Assembly (NCBI RefSeq): GCF_056746865.1
Contig: NZ_CM163382.1
DNA: 64,000 nucleotides
Reading direction: 5' to 3' (one strand)
Every line of letters begins with the position of its first letter. Positions within the stretch are counted from its first letter, which is position 1. The notes below the pieces were generated by a model. It ran no database searches and had not been told where the DNA came from. It saw only the letters and a program-made list of their open reading frames with translations. Below are positions 1-13,365 of this stretch, in pieces. The position numbers were made by a program, and so were the translations under genes.

Positions 1-84
1 AAGGGATCATTATCTTTTATGAAAACTTTCAACCCATTTATCGTTTTATTATATATCATAATGAATTATTTTAACCTTAAATCT

Positions 85-1092
85 TTAGAAGCATTTTTCT
101 TTATAATACTTTAAATAATTAAAAATGCCTGCCATATAATGCTTTTGTTTAAATTTATGTTTTGCACAATACCGATACTGATTGCTATTCACAGGTTTAA
201 GTAAATCTTCTTTACACCACGGAGAAGCTGCTTTGGCGATCAAAAAACTACGTGACACCGGATAATCAGCCCACTCATGCCAGGGTTTTGTAGGTCCCAC
301 ATAGTGTATAAACACGGTGTCATCATTGACTGGATTATCAACTTTGTCTTTTAATTCATAGTTAATACTATATCGGGTATTATATTTCCCCGAAATAAAC
401 TTCACTTTACCATTCAATAATACATTCAGTACATCTTGATCAAGGTGGGTGATTTTACTTACCCAATCTGGGTCACGCAACATTTCAATAGCTTTTGACG
501 AAATGTTATTTAGATTCCACTCATCAATATTTATCAGCAAAAAACCAGCATTGAAATATCCAGAAGCTAATTGTGGTGTAGTTAATACCGAGGCTCGATT
601 CTGCCACCATTCAACATCTCTTTCAGCTACAACTGCGGCAATTTCATTAGTAGAGAATTGATAATCTAAGAGTTCTTTAATACTACCCTTGCAAGCAATA
701 TCTGCATCAAGGTATAGTATTTTTTCATGTTTATTATAGAAATAATCTGCAATTATAAATCGAAAATATGTAGCGTAAGTCCAGTTTTTCGTGCTTGGTA
801 ATGACTTCAGCTTATCACAATTGATAACATAAATATTAATTCTTGAATTATATTGTTTTGCTAAATCGGAAAAATATAACTTGTCTTTATCACTGATATA
901 ATCTGTGAAAACATGAAATTCACAAGAGATTTCGCTATTGTTTAATAGAATAGATGCGATGGCTACACCACATCCAAAAAGAAAATTTCTGTCAATACCA
1001 AATGCGATATCAAGAGTATTTTTAGATCTTATATTTTGATAATGAAAGTTATACTCAAAAAGGATGATGTCACTATCATTGAGTTGAGACAT
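85..1092 (-). CDS. LPS outer-core glycosyltransferase, glycosyltransferase family 8 (WaaO/WaaI-type)
   Basis: 335-aa ORF immediately downstream of waaP in the waaQ operon; size and sequence resemble GT8 outer-core transferases; AT-rich as is typical of outer-core genes. Cannot separate WaaO from WaaI by eye. Confidence 0.8.
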   Translation of the reverse strand: MSQLNDSDIILFEYNFHYQNIRSKNTLDIAFGIDRNFLFGCGVAIASILLNNSEISCEFHVFTDYISDKDKLYFSDLAKQYNSRINIYVINCDKLKSLPSTKNWTYATYFRFIIADYFYNKHEKILYLDADIACKGSIKELLDYQFSTNEIAAVVAERDVEWWQNRASVLTTPQLASGYFNAGFLLINIDEWNLNNISSKAIEMLRDPDWVSKITHLDQDVLNVLLNGKVKFISGKYNTRYSINYELKDKVDNPVNDDTVFIHYVGPTKPWHEWADYPVSRSFLIAKAASPWCKEDLLKPVNSNQYRYCAKHKFKQKHYMAGIFNYLKYYKEKCF

Positions 1093-1134
1093 ATTTATTC
1101 TGTATCCAAAATTTTGGCAAAAATAAGTTACGGG

Positions 1135-1932
1135 TTACAACGATTTTCTAATCGTTCTTTCCCTGATTTTTGTGGCTTTTGCTTCTGCTTGCGACAGCAG
1201 TCCTTGTTCCTGCTTGAGAATGTCTTTAAGCGGGGCGGCAAAATACACTTTCATAAACCGCCAGATATCCCGCTGAGTCAGGCCAATATTCATCGAAGAA
1301 AAATAAAGCCCTATAAGATCTTTATCGCGCCAACGATGTGGAACGCGCGTGCGAAGCTGCGCCCGGTGCAGGTCAATTACCGAAATTTTTAACTCCTCTT
1401 CCTTACCGGAAAAAGGCAAGTGCAGCAGGAAATGACAGATATAACAGTCACGGTGGTTAATGCCCGCAGCATGCATATCGCGCACCATCGTCGCGACACG
1501 CTTAATAAGCATACGCTTTACGCGAACATCTGGTGGGTTAGTCGCCCAGTCAGCACAGTAATCTTCCAGACTGATGGTTGGTGTCAGATCTTCAGTTATA
1601 ATAAACGAGGTTCTGGTGAGCGGATTAATGCCTTTTTCGCCGAATGCCACCCCATACATAGTATCAACGCCGACATCCCGCAGTCGATGAATCGCATTCC
1701 ATTCGCGGTCTGCGCCTAATACTGGCATCCGCAATGAGAGTAAATTTTTGATTATCTCTTTCAGGGTCGTGCCGCGATGCCATTTGAGAAAATAGCTTTT
1801 GCCCGCCATTTCAAAGCGCAGAGTGCGGCGAGTTTCCAGTTCACGAAATACCTCACCCTGCAAGGTTTTAACTTCCTCAAAAGGATCTTTACCGCGCCAT
1901 AACGTGGCAAACGGCTCTTTAAGTTCAACCAT
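1135..1932 (-). CDS. waaP: LPS core heptose(I) kinase
   Basis: ORF translation [36 protein letters not shown] matches WaaP as recalled; start taken at MVELK; 4-bp overlap with waaG end. Confidence 0.93.
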   Translation of the reverse strand: MVELKEPFATLWRGKDPFEEVKTLQGEVFRELETRRTLRFEMAGKSYFLKWHRGTTLKEIIKNLLSLRMPVLGADREWNAIHRLRDVGVDTMYGVAFGEKGINPLTRTSFIITEDLTPTISLEDYCADWATNPPDVRVKRMLIKRVATMVRDMHAAGINHRDCYICHFLLHLPFSGKEEELKISVIDLHRAQLRTRVPHRWRDKDLIGLYFSSMNIGLTQRDIWRFMKVYFAAPLKDILKQEQGLLSQAEAKATKIRERTIRKSL

Positions 1933-3049
1933 CCAGACCACCCGTTATGATGTCCGCCGCTTTCTCTGGCAGACTGTATAAATCTTGTGTATCAGCATAA
2001 TGTCGCGCATTTTCCGCCCAGGCCTGGCGCAATGAAGATTGCGTTAACGCTTTGCGTAAAATCTCATTCAATGTTTCCTGGCGGAATGGCTCAGCAATAG
2101 CCTCGCCGCAATTGGCGTCGACAATATAATGCGCATAGCCACAAACGGCTGTTGTTAGTACCGGTAATCCTGCAGTTATCGCTTCCAGCAGTACAATTCC
2201 CGCGGCTTCCTGGTAGGCAGGATGCAGTAATAAATCCGCCGCCGCCATTAATTCCGAGACATCGTTGCGCCCCGAGAAGAAGTGAACATTACTGCGCACG
2301 CCGCGTTTTTCTGCCAGCGCCTCAAATTTTCGCGGTTTATCCTGCCCAACAACATATAGCAATGTGTTGTGGCGCAGCGAATCCGGTAACGAAGCAAGTG
2401 CTTCAATGGAACGATCGACACCTTTACGCGTGAAGTCTGAACCAACCTGCAACAATAAATATTGTTGTTCGGTTATTCCATTCTTCTTACGGAAGATTTC
2501 ACGGCTATTGGCTGGCTGCTGGCTATATTTACGATCAGGATAAATCCCCGGTGGCAGAATATGAAAACGCTCCACTTCAGTCTGATAATGTTTCTGGAAA
2601 TCGGCGATTTGCTTATCTGTCAGCATCAGCAGCTGTGTCGGCTTGCCCTGTTCGAAGGTTGCCCGCTCAAAGGCGGCATAATGGCGATAACGTGACGTCA
2701 GGCGATAGAAAAAGCCTTTTTCCTGCGCTACTTTCTCGGCATAACAAACATCAGCGGCATAATAAACGTCCAGCCCCGGCATTTTGTTGAATCCAACGAC
2801 TTTATCGACGGGATGTTCGCGTAAATGTTTTTGCACCCAGGCAAAATACTCCGCATTGCGCCCGTGATTGGTATGCGATTTAACCGGCACTTTGATCAGT
2901 TCAAATACATCAGGACATTCGCCTTCCCACGACTGGGTATAAACCCGAACATGATGACCTCGGGCGGCGACTGTCTGAGCAATACGCATAAAATCGCGCT
3001 GCAAACCGCCAAAGGGAAAATATTTATATAAACAAAAAGCAACGATCAT
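1925..3049 (-). CDS. waaG: LPS core glucosyltransferase I
   Basis: 374-aa [27 protein letters not shown] matches WaaG (GT4); sits between waaQ and waaP. Confidence 0.95.
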   Translation of the reverse strand: MIVAFCLYKYFPFGGLQRDFMRIAQTVAARGHHVRVYTQSWEGECPDVFELIKVPVKSHTNHGRNAEYFAWVQKHLREHPVDKVVGFNKMPGLDVYYAADVCYAEKVAQEKGFFYRLTSRYRHYAAFERATFEQGKPTQLLMLTDKQIADFQKHYQTEVERFHILPPGIYPDRKYSQQPANSREIFRKKNGITEQQYLLLQVGSDFTRKGVDRSIEALASLPDSLRHNTLLYVVGQDKPRKFEALAEKRGVRSNVHFFSGRNDVSELMAAADLLLHPAYQEAAGIVLLEAITAGLPVLTTAVCGYAHYIVDANCGEAIAEPFRQETLNEILRKALTQSSLRQAWAENARHYADTQDLYSLPEKAADIITGGLDG

Positions 3050-4104
3050 AACGACGTACCTGTCGTGGAGGAGGGCAGTAATTTATCGACAGCAGCAATG
3101 ACATCTGCCGCCGGAATAACCGAAAGATACATCTCATTTCGGTCACGCTGATCGCGCGTTGGCATTTCCCGGTAATCTCCCGCCCAGAATTGAATCATGT
3201 TATTTGACCAGGGACGCCAGAAAATATGGTCTGTCGCACCAAACAGCGATATCAGCGGCGTATTAACTGCTGCGGCAATATGCGCCGGTGCGGAATCAAC
3301 GCCAATAAACAGCTGCGCATGATCGATTAACGCACCAAGTTCCGGGAAGGTCACCTTTCCGGCCAGCGCCGTTACTGGTGGCGTCTGGCATCCCTGCGCA
3401 ATTTCATTGACGCAGACCAGATCGTCTTTATCTGGGCCGGACGTCAGAACGACTTCATAACCACGAGCATGTAAGGCATCAATCACAGCGGAAAACTTGG
3501 CGTTGTCCCAGCATTTGAAGATTTGCCGCGCCGTAGGTTGGATAACCACATAATTTTGTCCAACACCAGCGTGATCAAGTTCGCGACGCATACGTTTCCA
3601 GCTTGCAGGCGGGTAACTCATGGTTGTCTGCTTCACCAACGATTCAAGCCCCAATGGCGACAGCACGGATAAGTTACTTTCCACCACATTTCCACCCTGC
3701 AACGGCACCAAATGAGTGAAACTATTACGCCAAAAAGCAGCCTGCCGATGATGATAATCCTGGGAAATTTTCACACGGGCATTTAATAAGCGCACCAGTA
3801 TAGCAACCATCCATTGATCGGTAAGATTAACGATAAGGTCATACTTATTGGCACGTAATACCTTGATGAGATGAAAAAAGTTGGCAATTTTTTCTGCGGC
3901 TTTTGCTTTTTTATTTTTTATGCCGTAGAGCGCGTTAATCTCTGGATTTTCAGACAGGATCGGGATGGTGTCCTGATAAAGCAGCACATCGATTTTTGCG
4001 TCAGGGTAATTTTTTTTCAGCGAACTAATGACGGGAGTAGTTAATAACATATCCCCATGAAAACGCATCTTAATGAGCAAAATTCTTCGAAATGGCTTAT
4101 CCAC
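3046..4104 (-). CDS. waaQ: LPS core heptosyltransferase III
   Basis: 352-aa ORF with heptosyltransferase (GT9) features, first gene of the waaQ operon; the true start may be an internal Met (MRFHGDM). Confidence 0.9.
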   Translation of the reverse strand: MDKPFRRILLIKMRFHGDMLLTTPVISSLKKNYPDAKIDVLLYQDTIPILSENPEINALYGIKNKKAKAAEKIANFFHLIKVLRANKYDLIVNLTDQWMVAILVRLLNARVKISQDYHHRQAAFWRNSFTHLVPLQGGNVVESNLSVLSPLGLESLVKQTTMSYPPASWKRMRRELDHAGVGQNYVVIQPTARQIFKCWDNAKFSAVIDALHARGYEVVLTSGPDKDDLVCVNEIAQGCQTPPVTALAGKVTFPELGALIDHAQLFIGVDSAPAHIAAAVNTPLISLFGATDHIFWRPWSNNMIQFWAGDYREMPTRDQRDRNEMYLSVIPAADVIAAVDKLLPSSTTGTSL

Positions 4105-4153
4105 AAGTAACTCTTTTTGTTGAGATTATCCGATTAAGGTGAAGCAGAAAAAG

Positions 4154-4165
4154 CACGCTACCGCC
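4154..4165 (-). promoter_or_regulatory. ops element (GGCGGTAGCGTG) in the waaQ leader, RfaH recruitment site within JUMPstart
   Basis: Plus strand reads cacgctaccgcc; the reverse complement is the canonical ops 12-mer, placed upstream of waaQ on its coding strand. Confidence 0.75.
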
Positions 4166-4516
4166 CCAGGCTCAACAGCTACCTGAATACTGATACCGCA
4201 CTGATATTGACGCGCTAGTGTATCACTTCTTTCGCGGCAATCCGACCCGAATGATTTTTAAGCACATTGTTGATTTTCAATAAAGAAATCAATCAAATAA
4301 AATCATTAGCAACCATATTCTTTCACTGTTGCTCTGCGATTCCTTCCTGCACGTACTGCAGAAATCAATGAATCGCATAAAAATACAAAAAAAGTATAGA
4401 TGTTCAGCAAGAATTGGCGGGTAAATTGCTATTTAAGTCAAAAACGGGAAAAGTAATGGTAAAGCCACAGCTAAATACATAGAATCCCCAGCACATCCAT
4501 AAGTCAGCTATTTACT

Positions 4517-6281
<1,765 letters not shown>

Positions 6282-6319
6282 CGTTTATGCCGGATGGTAT
6301 GCCATCCGGCGCGCATGAA

Positions 6320-7129
6320 TTACTTCTGGCACTGCCGACAATAAAACGTTGCCCGCTGCGCATGTTTAGTCGCCACAATCGGCGTACCGCACACCCGACA
6401 GGGTTCGCCTTTTCGCCCGTAAACCTGCAATTCCTGCGCGAAATAGCCCGGTTTACCATCACTTTGCAGAAAATCTTTCAGCGTTGTACCACCCTGCTCA
6501 ATCGAACGCAGCAACACCGCTTTAATCACCCGAGCTAACAATTCACACTCTGCCAGCGACAGTGATGACGCCAGCCGATCCGGATGGATCCCCGCCGCAA
6601 ACAGAGATTCGCTGGCATAGATATTCCCTACGCCTACCACCAGCTTGTTATCCATCAGCCACGGTTTAATCGCCGTTTTTTTCTTCGCGCACTTCTGATG
6701 CAGGTACTCACCGTTGAAATCGTCACTAAGCGGCTCCGGTCCAAGATGGGCCAGAACGTTGTGCCCTTCCAGCTCTTTGGTCCATAGCCAGGCACCAAAG
6801 CGGCGCGGATCGGTGTAGCGCAGCACTTTACCGTTGCTCATCACCAAATCCACATGGTCATGCTTTTCAGGGGGAAGTTCTTCTGGAAGGATGCGCAGAC
6901 TGCCAGACATCCCCAAATGAATGATAATCCAGCCCTCAGGCAGCTCCAGCAGCAGATATTTAGCCCGCCGCTGCACGCTAAGCACTGGTTGGTCGCTTAA
7001 ACGGTAGATCTCTTCTGAAACCGGCCAGCGCAAGCGTCCGTTGCGCACCACCGCATGAAGAATGGTTGCACCAACGAGATGCGGTTCTATGCCGCGACGG
7101 CTGGTTTCAACTTCGGGTAATTCAGGCAT
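6320..7129 (-). CDS. mutM: formamidopyrimidine-DNA glycosylase
   Basis: 269-aa [23 protein letters not shown] with C-terminal zinc finger CRVCGTPI...CRQCQ. Confidence 0.95.
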
Positions 7130-7180
7130 AGCATCTCCAGGAATGAACAGATGCAGTCAATATGGGGGCAGGCAGATAAC

Positions 7181-7212
7181 AAAAAACCCCGCCGGGGCGA
7201 GGTTTTTCGTTA
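7181..7212 (-). terminator. GC-rich hairpin with U-tract downstream of rpmG
   Basis: Minus-strand transcript CCUCGC-CCCG-GCGGGG followed by UUUUUU; read by eye, no folding energy computed. Confidence 0.5.
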
Positions 7213-7226
7213 CATCAAAGCAAAAA

Positions 7227-7397
<171 letters not shown>

Positions 7398-7414
7398 TTA
7401 TTTCCTCTAAGTAC

Positions 7415-7672
<258 letters not shown>

Positions 7673-7867
7673 TTAGCTCGAGCTTCGTATGGGGTATTGG
7701 CGCCTCGTCAGGCTTTACAGCCCGGTCATCGCAGTTCTATGTGAACTCTCGATTGCCAGGCCCAAATGCCAAACCCGAGATTCTCAAAGGTGGCGTAGTA
7801 TACGCTGACTCAGCGATGTGCTCAAGTCCCGAACAGACAAAGATCCCGAAGGATCGCGCATAGCGGG

Positions 7868-8542
7868 TTAAATCCAGCCGCGTTCGGCAAAAGAAACATA
7901 CTCTCCACGCCCAATCACGATATGGTCGAGCACGCGTAAATCCATGAACTGACAACTCTTTATTATCCGTTCAGTAATGAGTTTATCCGCTTTACTGGGT
8001 TCAGCACAACCCGAAGGGTGATTATGTGCAAGGATCAGCGCCGAGGCATTTATTTTTATCGCTTCGCGGATAATTTCCCGAGGATGGACTTCAACATGGT
8101 TTAGCGTGCCGGAAAAAAGACGGCTATGCGTTATAACCCGGTGTTGTGAGTCGAGAAAGATCACCATAAAGATCTCCCGCTCTTCACCCGTGAGCTGGCT
8201 TTGTAAAAATTCCCTCGTCATCTCCGGGCTGAGTAAAGGGCTTTCTTCACGCATCCGCACGTTGTAGTAACGCCGCGCCAGTTCAGCAATCCCCTTTAAC
8301 TGGGCAAATTTCGCCACGCCAATTCCATGAACGCCACTAAATTGTTCATATTCAGAGGTTAACAAGCCATAAAGAGAGCCGAAATTCTCCAGCATCTCTT
8401 TTGCCAGGGTTAATACATCTTTACCGCGCGTTCCGGTACGCAGAAATAGCGCCAGCAGCTCGACATCCGTTAAGGCGCTAATACCAAACTTCAGCATTTT
8501 TTCGCGCGGCATCAACAGCTGTGCATTGTTTTTCACCTTCAC
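7868..8542 (-). CDS. yicR: RadC-like JAB-domain protein (UPF0758)
   Basis: 224-aa ORF with HNHPSG JAMM motif; position between rpmB and coaBC matches K-12 yicR. Confidence 0.9.
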
Positions 8543-8707
8543 CTCCTTTGTGGTGCTCGCATCCTGTCATAGCCGTTCCGTTAAATCGACGGCCAGTTTT
8601 CAATCCTGGAAAGCGCCTCGCAAAGTGATTCTCAGGTGAAGGCACGACAACAAAAGTATTGTGATAAAATCGCCAACTTCTGGTGTCACCCAACAGGAAA
8701 AATCATC

Positions 8708-9928
8708 ATGAGCCTGGCCGGTAAAAAAATCGTTCTCGGCGTCAGCGGCGGTATTGCTGCCTATAAAACCCCTGAACTGGTGCGTCGTTTGCGCGATCGC
8801 GGGGCCGACGTCCGCGTAGCCATGACCGAAGCGGCAAAAGCCTTTATCACCCCACTTAGCTTGCAGGCGGTTTCTGGTTATCCCGTTTCCGACAGTCTGC
8901 TGGACCCGGCAGCCGAAGCCGCTATGGGCCATATTGAGCTGGGTAAATGGGCTGATTTAGTGATTCTCGCCCCTGCCACGGCAGATTTGATTGCCCGTGT
9001 TGCTGCCGGAATGGCGAATGATCTGGTATCGACGATTTGTCTGGCCACACCTGCGCCTGTAGCCGTGCTCCCCGCCATGAACCAGCAGATGTACCGTGCC
9101 GCTGCCACGCAGCATAATTTAGAGGTGCTTGCTTCCCGTGGTTTGCTCATCTGGGGGCCAGACAGTGGCAGTCAGGCTTGTGGTGATATCGGCCCTGGGC
9201 GAATGCTCGATCCGTTAACCATTGTTGATATGGCGGTAGCGTATTTTTCGCCCGTCAACGACCTGAAACATCTGAACATTATGATTACCGCCGGCCCGAC
9301 GCGTGAACCGCTCGATCCGGTGCGTTATATCTCTAATCACAGCTCAGGCAAGATGGGTTTTGCTATCGCCGCCGCCGCTGCCCGTCGTGGCGCGAACGTC
9401 ACGCTGGTATCAGGTCCGGTTTCACTACCGACGCCACCGTTTGTTAAACGTGTTGATGTGATGACTGCGCTGGAAATGGAAGCGGCCGTGAATGCTTCTG
9501 TACAGCAGCAAAATATTTTTATCGGTTGCGCCGCCGTGGCGGATTATCGCGCAGCTACCGTGGCCCCAGAGAAAATCAAAAAGCAGGCCACGCAGGGTGA
9601 TGAATTAACAATAAAAATGGTTAAAAACCCCGATATCGTCGCAGGCGTTGCCGCACTAAAAGACCATCGACCCTACGTCGTTGGATTTGCCGCCGAAACA
9701 AATAATGTGGAAGAATACGCCCGGCAAAAACGTATCCGTAAAAACCTTGATCTGATCTGCGCGAACGATGTTTCCCAGCCAACTCAAGGATTTAACAGCG
9801 ACAACAACGCATTACACCTTTTCTGGCAGGACGGAGATAAAGTCTTACCGCTTGAGCGCAAAGAGCTCCTTGGCCAATTATTACTCGACGAGATCGTGAC
9901 CCGTTATGATGAAAAAAATCGACGTTAA
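8708..9928 (+). CDS. coaBC: bifunctional phosphopantothenoylcysteine decarboxylase / synthetase
   Basis: Start at [20 protein letters not shown] (flavoprotein fold); 406 aa; the six-frame ORF has a 24-codon upstream extension. Confidence 0.95.
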
Positions 9929-10364
9929 GATTCTGGACCCGCGCGTTGGGAAGGAATTTCCGCTCCCGACTTATGCCACCTCTGGCTCTGCCGGACTTGA
10001 CCTGCGTGCCTGTCTCGACGACGCCGTAGAACTGGCTCCGGGTGACACTACGCTGGTTCCGACCGGGCTGGCGATTCATATTGCCGATCCTTCACTGGCG
10101 GCAATGATGCTGCCGCGCTCCGGATTGGGACATAAGCACGGTATCGTGCTTGGTAACCTGGTAGGATTGATCGATTCTGACTATCAGGGCCAGTTGATGA
10201 TTTCCGTGTGGAACCGTGGTCAGGACAGCTTCACCATTCAACCTGGCGAACGCATCGCCCAGATGATTTTTGTTCCGGTAGTACAGGCTGAATTTAATCT
10301 GGTGGAAGATTTCGACGCCACCGACCGCGGTGAAGGCGGCTTTGGTCACTCTGGTCGTCAGTAA
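9906..10364 (+). CDS. dut: dUTP diphosphatase
   Basis: [36 protein letters not shown]; overlaps the coaBC 3' end. Confidence 0.95.
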
Positions 10365-10470
10365 CACATACGCATCCGAATAACGTCATAACATAGCCGC
10401 AAACATTTCGTTTGCGGTCATAGCGTGGGTGCCGCCTGGCAAGTGCTTATTTTCAGGGGTATTTTGTAAC

Positions 10471-11067
10471 ATGGCAGAAAAACAAACTGCGAAAAGGAAC
10501 CGTCGCGAGGAAATACTTCAGTCTCTGGCGCTGATGCTGGAATCCAGCGATGGAAGCCAACGTATCACGACGGCAAAACTGGCCGCCTCTGTCGGCGTTT
10601 CCGAAGCGGCACTGTATCGCCACTTCCCCAGTAAGACCCGCATGTTCGATAGCCTGATTGAGTTTATCGAAGATAGCCTGATTACTCGCATCAATCTGAT
10701 TCTGAAAGATGAGAAGGACACCACAGCGCGCCTGCGTCTGATTGTGTTGCTGCTTCTCGGTTTTGGTGAGCGTAATCCTGGCCTGACCCGCATCCTCACT
10801 GGTCATGCACTAATGTTTGAACAGGATCGCCTGCAAGGGCGCATCAACCAGCTGTTCGAGCGTATTGAAGCGCAGTTGCGTCAGGTATTGCGCGAAAAGA
10901 GAATGCGTGAGGGTGAAGGTTACACCACCGATGAAACCCTGCTGGCAAGCCAGATCCTGGCCTTCTGTGAAGGTATGCTGTCACGCTTTGTCCGCAGCGA
11001 GTTTAAATACCGCCCGACGGATGATTTTGACGCCCGCTGGCCGCTAATTGCCGCACAGTTGCAGTAA
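10471..11067 (+). CDS. slmA: nucleoid occlusion factor SlmA (TetR family)
   Basis: Start at [24 protein letters not shown]; 198 aa; HTH near the N-terminus. Confidence 0.93.
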
Positions 11068-11103
11068 TATGACGCCGGATGACTTTTCATCCGGCGAGTT
11101 TCT

Positions 11104-11745
11104 TTAAACGCCGAACTCTTCGCGATAGGCCTTAACCGCCGCCAGATGTTCCGCCATTTCCGGCTTCTCTTCCAGGTAAGCAATCAGGTCTTTCAAGGTG
11201 ATGATAGAGATCACTTTGCAGTTGTAATCACGCTCAACTTCCTGAATTGCCGAAATCTCGCCGCGCCCCCGTTCCTGACGATCGAGCGAAATCAATACGC
11301 CAGCAAGCGTCGCGCCATTGGCCTGAATAATTTCCATCGACTCGCGGATCGCCGTTCCGGCGGTGATCACATCATCTACCAGCATTACGCGTCCTTGTAA
11401 CGCGCTACCAACCAGATTGCCGCCTTCACCGTGGTCTTTTGCCTCTTTGCGGTTAAAGCAGTACGGCAGGTCAAGGTCATGATGCTCCGCCAGCGCCACG
11501 GCGGTAGTGGTCGCAATCGGGATCCCTTTGTAAGCAGGGCCAAACAGCAGATCGAACTCAATGCCGGAATCCACCAACGCTTCAGCGTAAAAACGGCCTA
11601 ACAGTGCCAGATCGCGCCCGGTATTAAACAGCCCGGCGTTGAAGAAATAGGGGCTTTTGCGCCCGGACTTCAGCGTAAACTCGCCAAACTTTAACACCTG
11701 CTTGCTAAGCGCAAATTCAATAAACTGGCGCTGATATGGTTTCAT
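11104..11745 (-). CDS. pyrE: orotate phosphoribosyltransferase
   Basis: [38 protein letters not shown]; 213 aa; convergent with slmA, sharing a hairpin at 11070-11100. Confidence 0.95.
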
Positions 11746-11773
11746 GCCTTCGCTCCTCATCTTACTTTTCTAC

Positions 11774-11807
11774 AGACAAAATAAATATCCTCCGGCATAG
11801 CCGGAGG
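11774..11807 (-). terminator. pyrE attenuator hairpin with U-rich tract, ~30 nt upstream of the pyrE start
   Basis: Plus-strand cctccggcatagccggagg (11789-11807); on the pyrE-sense transcript it is followed by AUAUUUAUUUUG. Confidence 0.6.
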
Positions 11808-11809
11808 TT

Positions 11810-12520
11810 TTTCAAATGCGCCTATAAGGCTCTCTTACCAGCCGCGCCCTAACAGGCGCACACGATCTGACATTTGCATCCAACTTCGTTACTTACGGCC
11901 CGTAAACGGGCTGCCCGGATAGGGAATCGATAACTGCTCTCCCATTTTATCCTCTTCAAGCTGGTGCTTTATGTAATCCTGTATCTTCGCCGTGTTCTTA
12001 CCCACTGTATCGACGTAGTACCCTCTGCACCAGAACTCCCTGTTCCTGTATTTGAATTTCAAATCACCAAACTGCTCGTAAAGCATCAGACTGCTTTTCC
12101 CTTTCAGATATCCCATAAACCCGGATACGCTCATTTTAGGCGGGATCTCCACAAGCATATGGATATGATCTGCACAGCATTCAGCTTCCAGAATCCGTAC
12201 GCTTTTCCACTCACACAGCTTTCTCAAAATACTGCCTATTGCTCTACGCTTCTCTCTGTAGAACACCTGTCTTCGGTATTTTGGCGCAAAAACTATGTGA
12301 TATTTACAGTTCCATCGGGTGTGCGCTAAGCTCTTTTCGTTCCCCATTGGGACCCCCTTTTGATTTCTTGTTTGACACTTGCAGTTGCCAGACCGCAAGG
12401 TGTTTTAACAAATCAAAAGGGGTTTTAATAACTGGCTCAAAGCTGAAAGCTTTCCGGAACCCCCAGCCTAGCTGGGGGTTTTCTGTGCACAAAAAAAGGC
12501 GACTCATCAGTCGCCTTAAA
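11810..12520 (-). mobile_element. IS200-family insertion sequence (about 0.71 kb, ends approximate)
   Basis: Contains an IS200-type tnpA plus two hairpins at the rph-proximal end (aaggcgactgatgagtcgcc+T7, and aacccccagcctagctgggggtt). The rph-pyrE gap is 777 bp against about 68 bp recalled for K-12. Confidence 0.7.
11889..12347 (-). CDS. tnpA: IS200/IS605-family transposase TnpA (HUH Y1 type)
   Basis: MGNEKSLAHTRWNCKYHIVFAPKYRR...HIHMLVEIPPKMSVS matches IS200 TnpA; 152 aa from the internal Met. Confidence 0.9.
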   Translation of the reverse strand: MGNEKSLAHTRWNCKYHIVFAPKYRRQVFYREKRRAIGSILRKLCEWKSVRILEAECCADHIHMLVEIPPKMSVSGFMGYLKGKSSLMLYEQFGDLKFKYRNREFWCRGYYVDTVGKNTAKIQDYIKHQLEEDKMGEQLSIPYPGSPFTGRK

Positions 12521-12522
12521 AA

Positions 12523-13239
12523 TCAGTTTGCCAGCGCCGCCTTCTGCGTCGCTACAATGGATTCGATTCCCCCTCGGGCCAGCGCCAACAAGGTGAGTAG
12601 CTCTTCATGGGTGAACGGCTCGCCTTCTGCCGTTCCCTGCACTTCAATGATACGCCCGTCTTCGGTCATCACTACGTTCATGTCGGTCTCTGCGGCTGAG
12701 TCTTCAACGTATTCCAGATCGCAAACCGCTTCGCCGTTCACAATCCCGACAGAAACCGCGGCTACCATCCCTTTCATCGGGTTGGTTTTCAGCTTGCCGT
12801 TTTCCACCAGCTTCTGTAGCGCATCTGCCAGCGCCACGCAGGCACCCGTAATCGACGCGGTACGCGTGCCACCATCAGCCTGAAGCACGTCGCAGTCCAG
12901 CGTAATAGTGAACTCACCCAGCGCTTTCAAATCTACTGCCGCGCGAAGAGCACGGGCGATCAGACGCTGGATTTCCATGGTGCGTCCACCCTGCTTACCT
13001 TTCGCCGCTTCACGCGCGTTACGGGTGTGGGTAGAACGTGGCAGCATGCCGTACTCTGCGGTGATCCAGCCCTGGCCCTGACCTTTCAGGAAGCGCGGCA
13101 CGCCTTCTTCAATAGAGGCGGTACACAATACTTTGGTATCGCCAAATTCGACCAGCACCGAGCCTTCTGCATGTTTTGTATAGTTACGAGTCAGGGTAAC
13201 GGGACGCACCTGATTATTGCTACGGCCTGCTGGACGCAT
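12523..13239 (-). CDS. rph: ribonuclease PH (full length, no K-12-type rph-1 frameshift)
   Basis: [58 protein letters not shown]...; 238 aa with an intact C-terminus. Confidence 0.95.
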   Translation of the reverse strand: MRPAGRSNNQVRPVTLTRNYTKHAEGSVLVEFGDTKVLCTASIEEGVPRFLKGQGQGWITAEYGMLPRSTHTRNAREAAKGKQGGRTMEIQRLIARALRAAVDLKALGEFTITLDCDVLQADGGTRTASITGACVALADALQKLVENGKLKTNPMKGMVAAVSVGIVNGEAVCDLEYVEDSAAETDMNVVMTEDGRIIEVQGTAEGEPFTHEELLTLLALARGGIESIVATQKAALAN

Positions 13240-13365
13240 ATTGAAATCTCCGGCTTGAAACAAATGTGGCTGCGCATTATACGGACTTCCGGCGGTTATT
13301 CCTATCCTGACAAGGCATCGATGGCTATAATCCTTCCACCTCTCCTTTTATAAACAGGAACGTCT

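Noticed and set aside
8600-8932. 110-aa minus-strand ORF at the coaBC 5' end and upstream region
   Set aside because: Overlaps the coaBC start and promoter in antisense with no SD or motif; coaBC is the supported gene here.
12239-12883. 214-aa plus-strand ORF across the IS200 end and rph
   Set aside because: Antisense to RNase PH and the IS200 transposase; Ser/Ala/Cys-rich low-complexity translation.
12523-13239. Possible K-12-type rph-1 frameshift
   Set aside because: The frame is intact to the expected C-terminus (...[13 protein letters not shown]), so rph is full length; the unusual feature of this locus is the IS insertion, not a frameshift.
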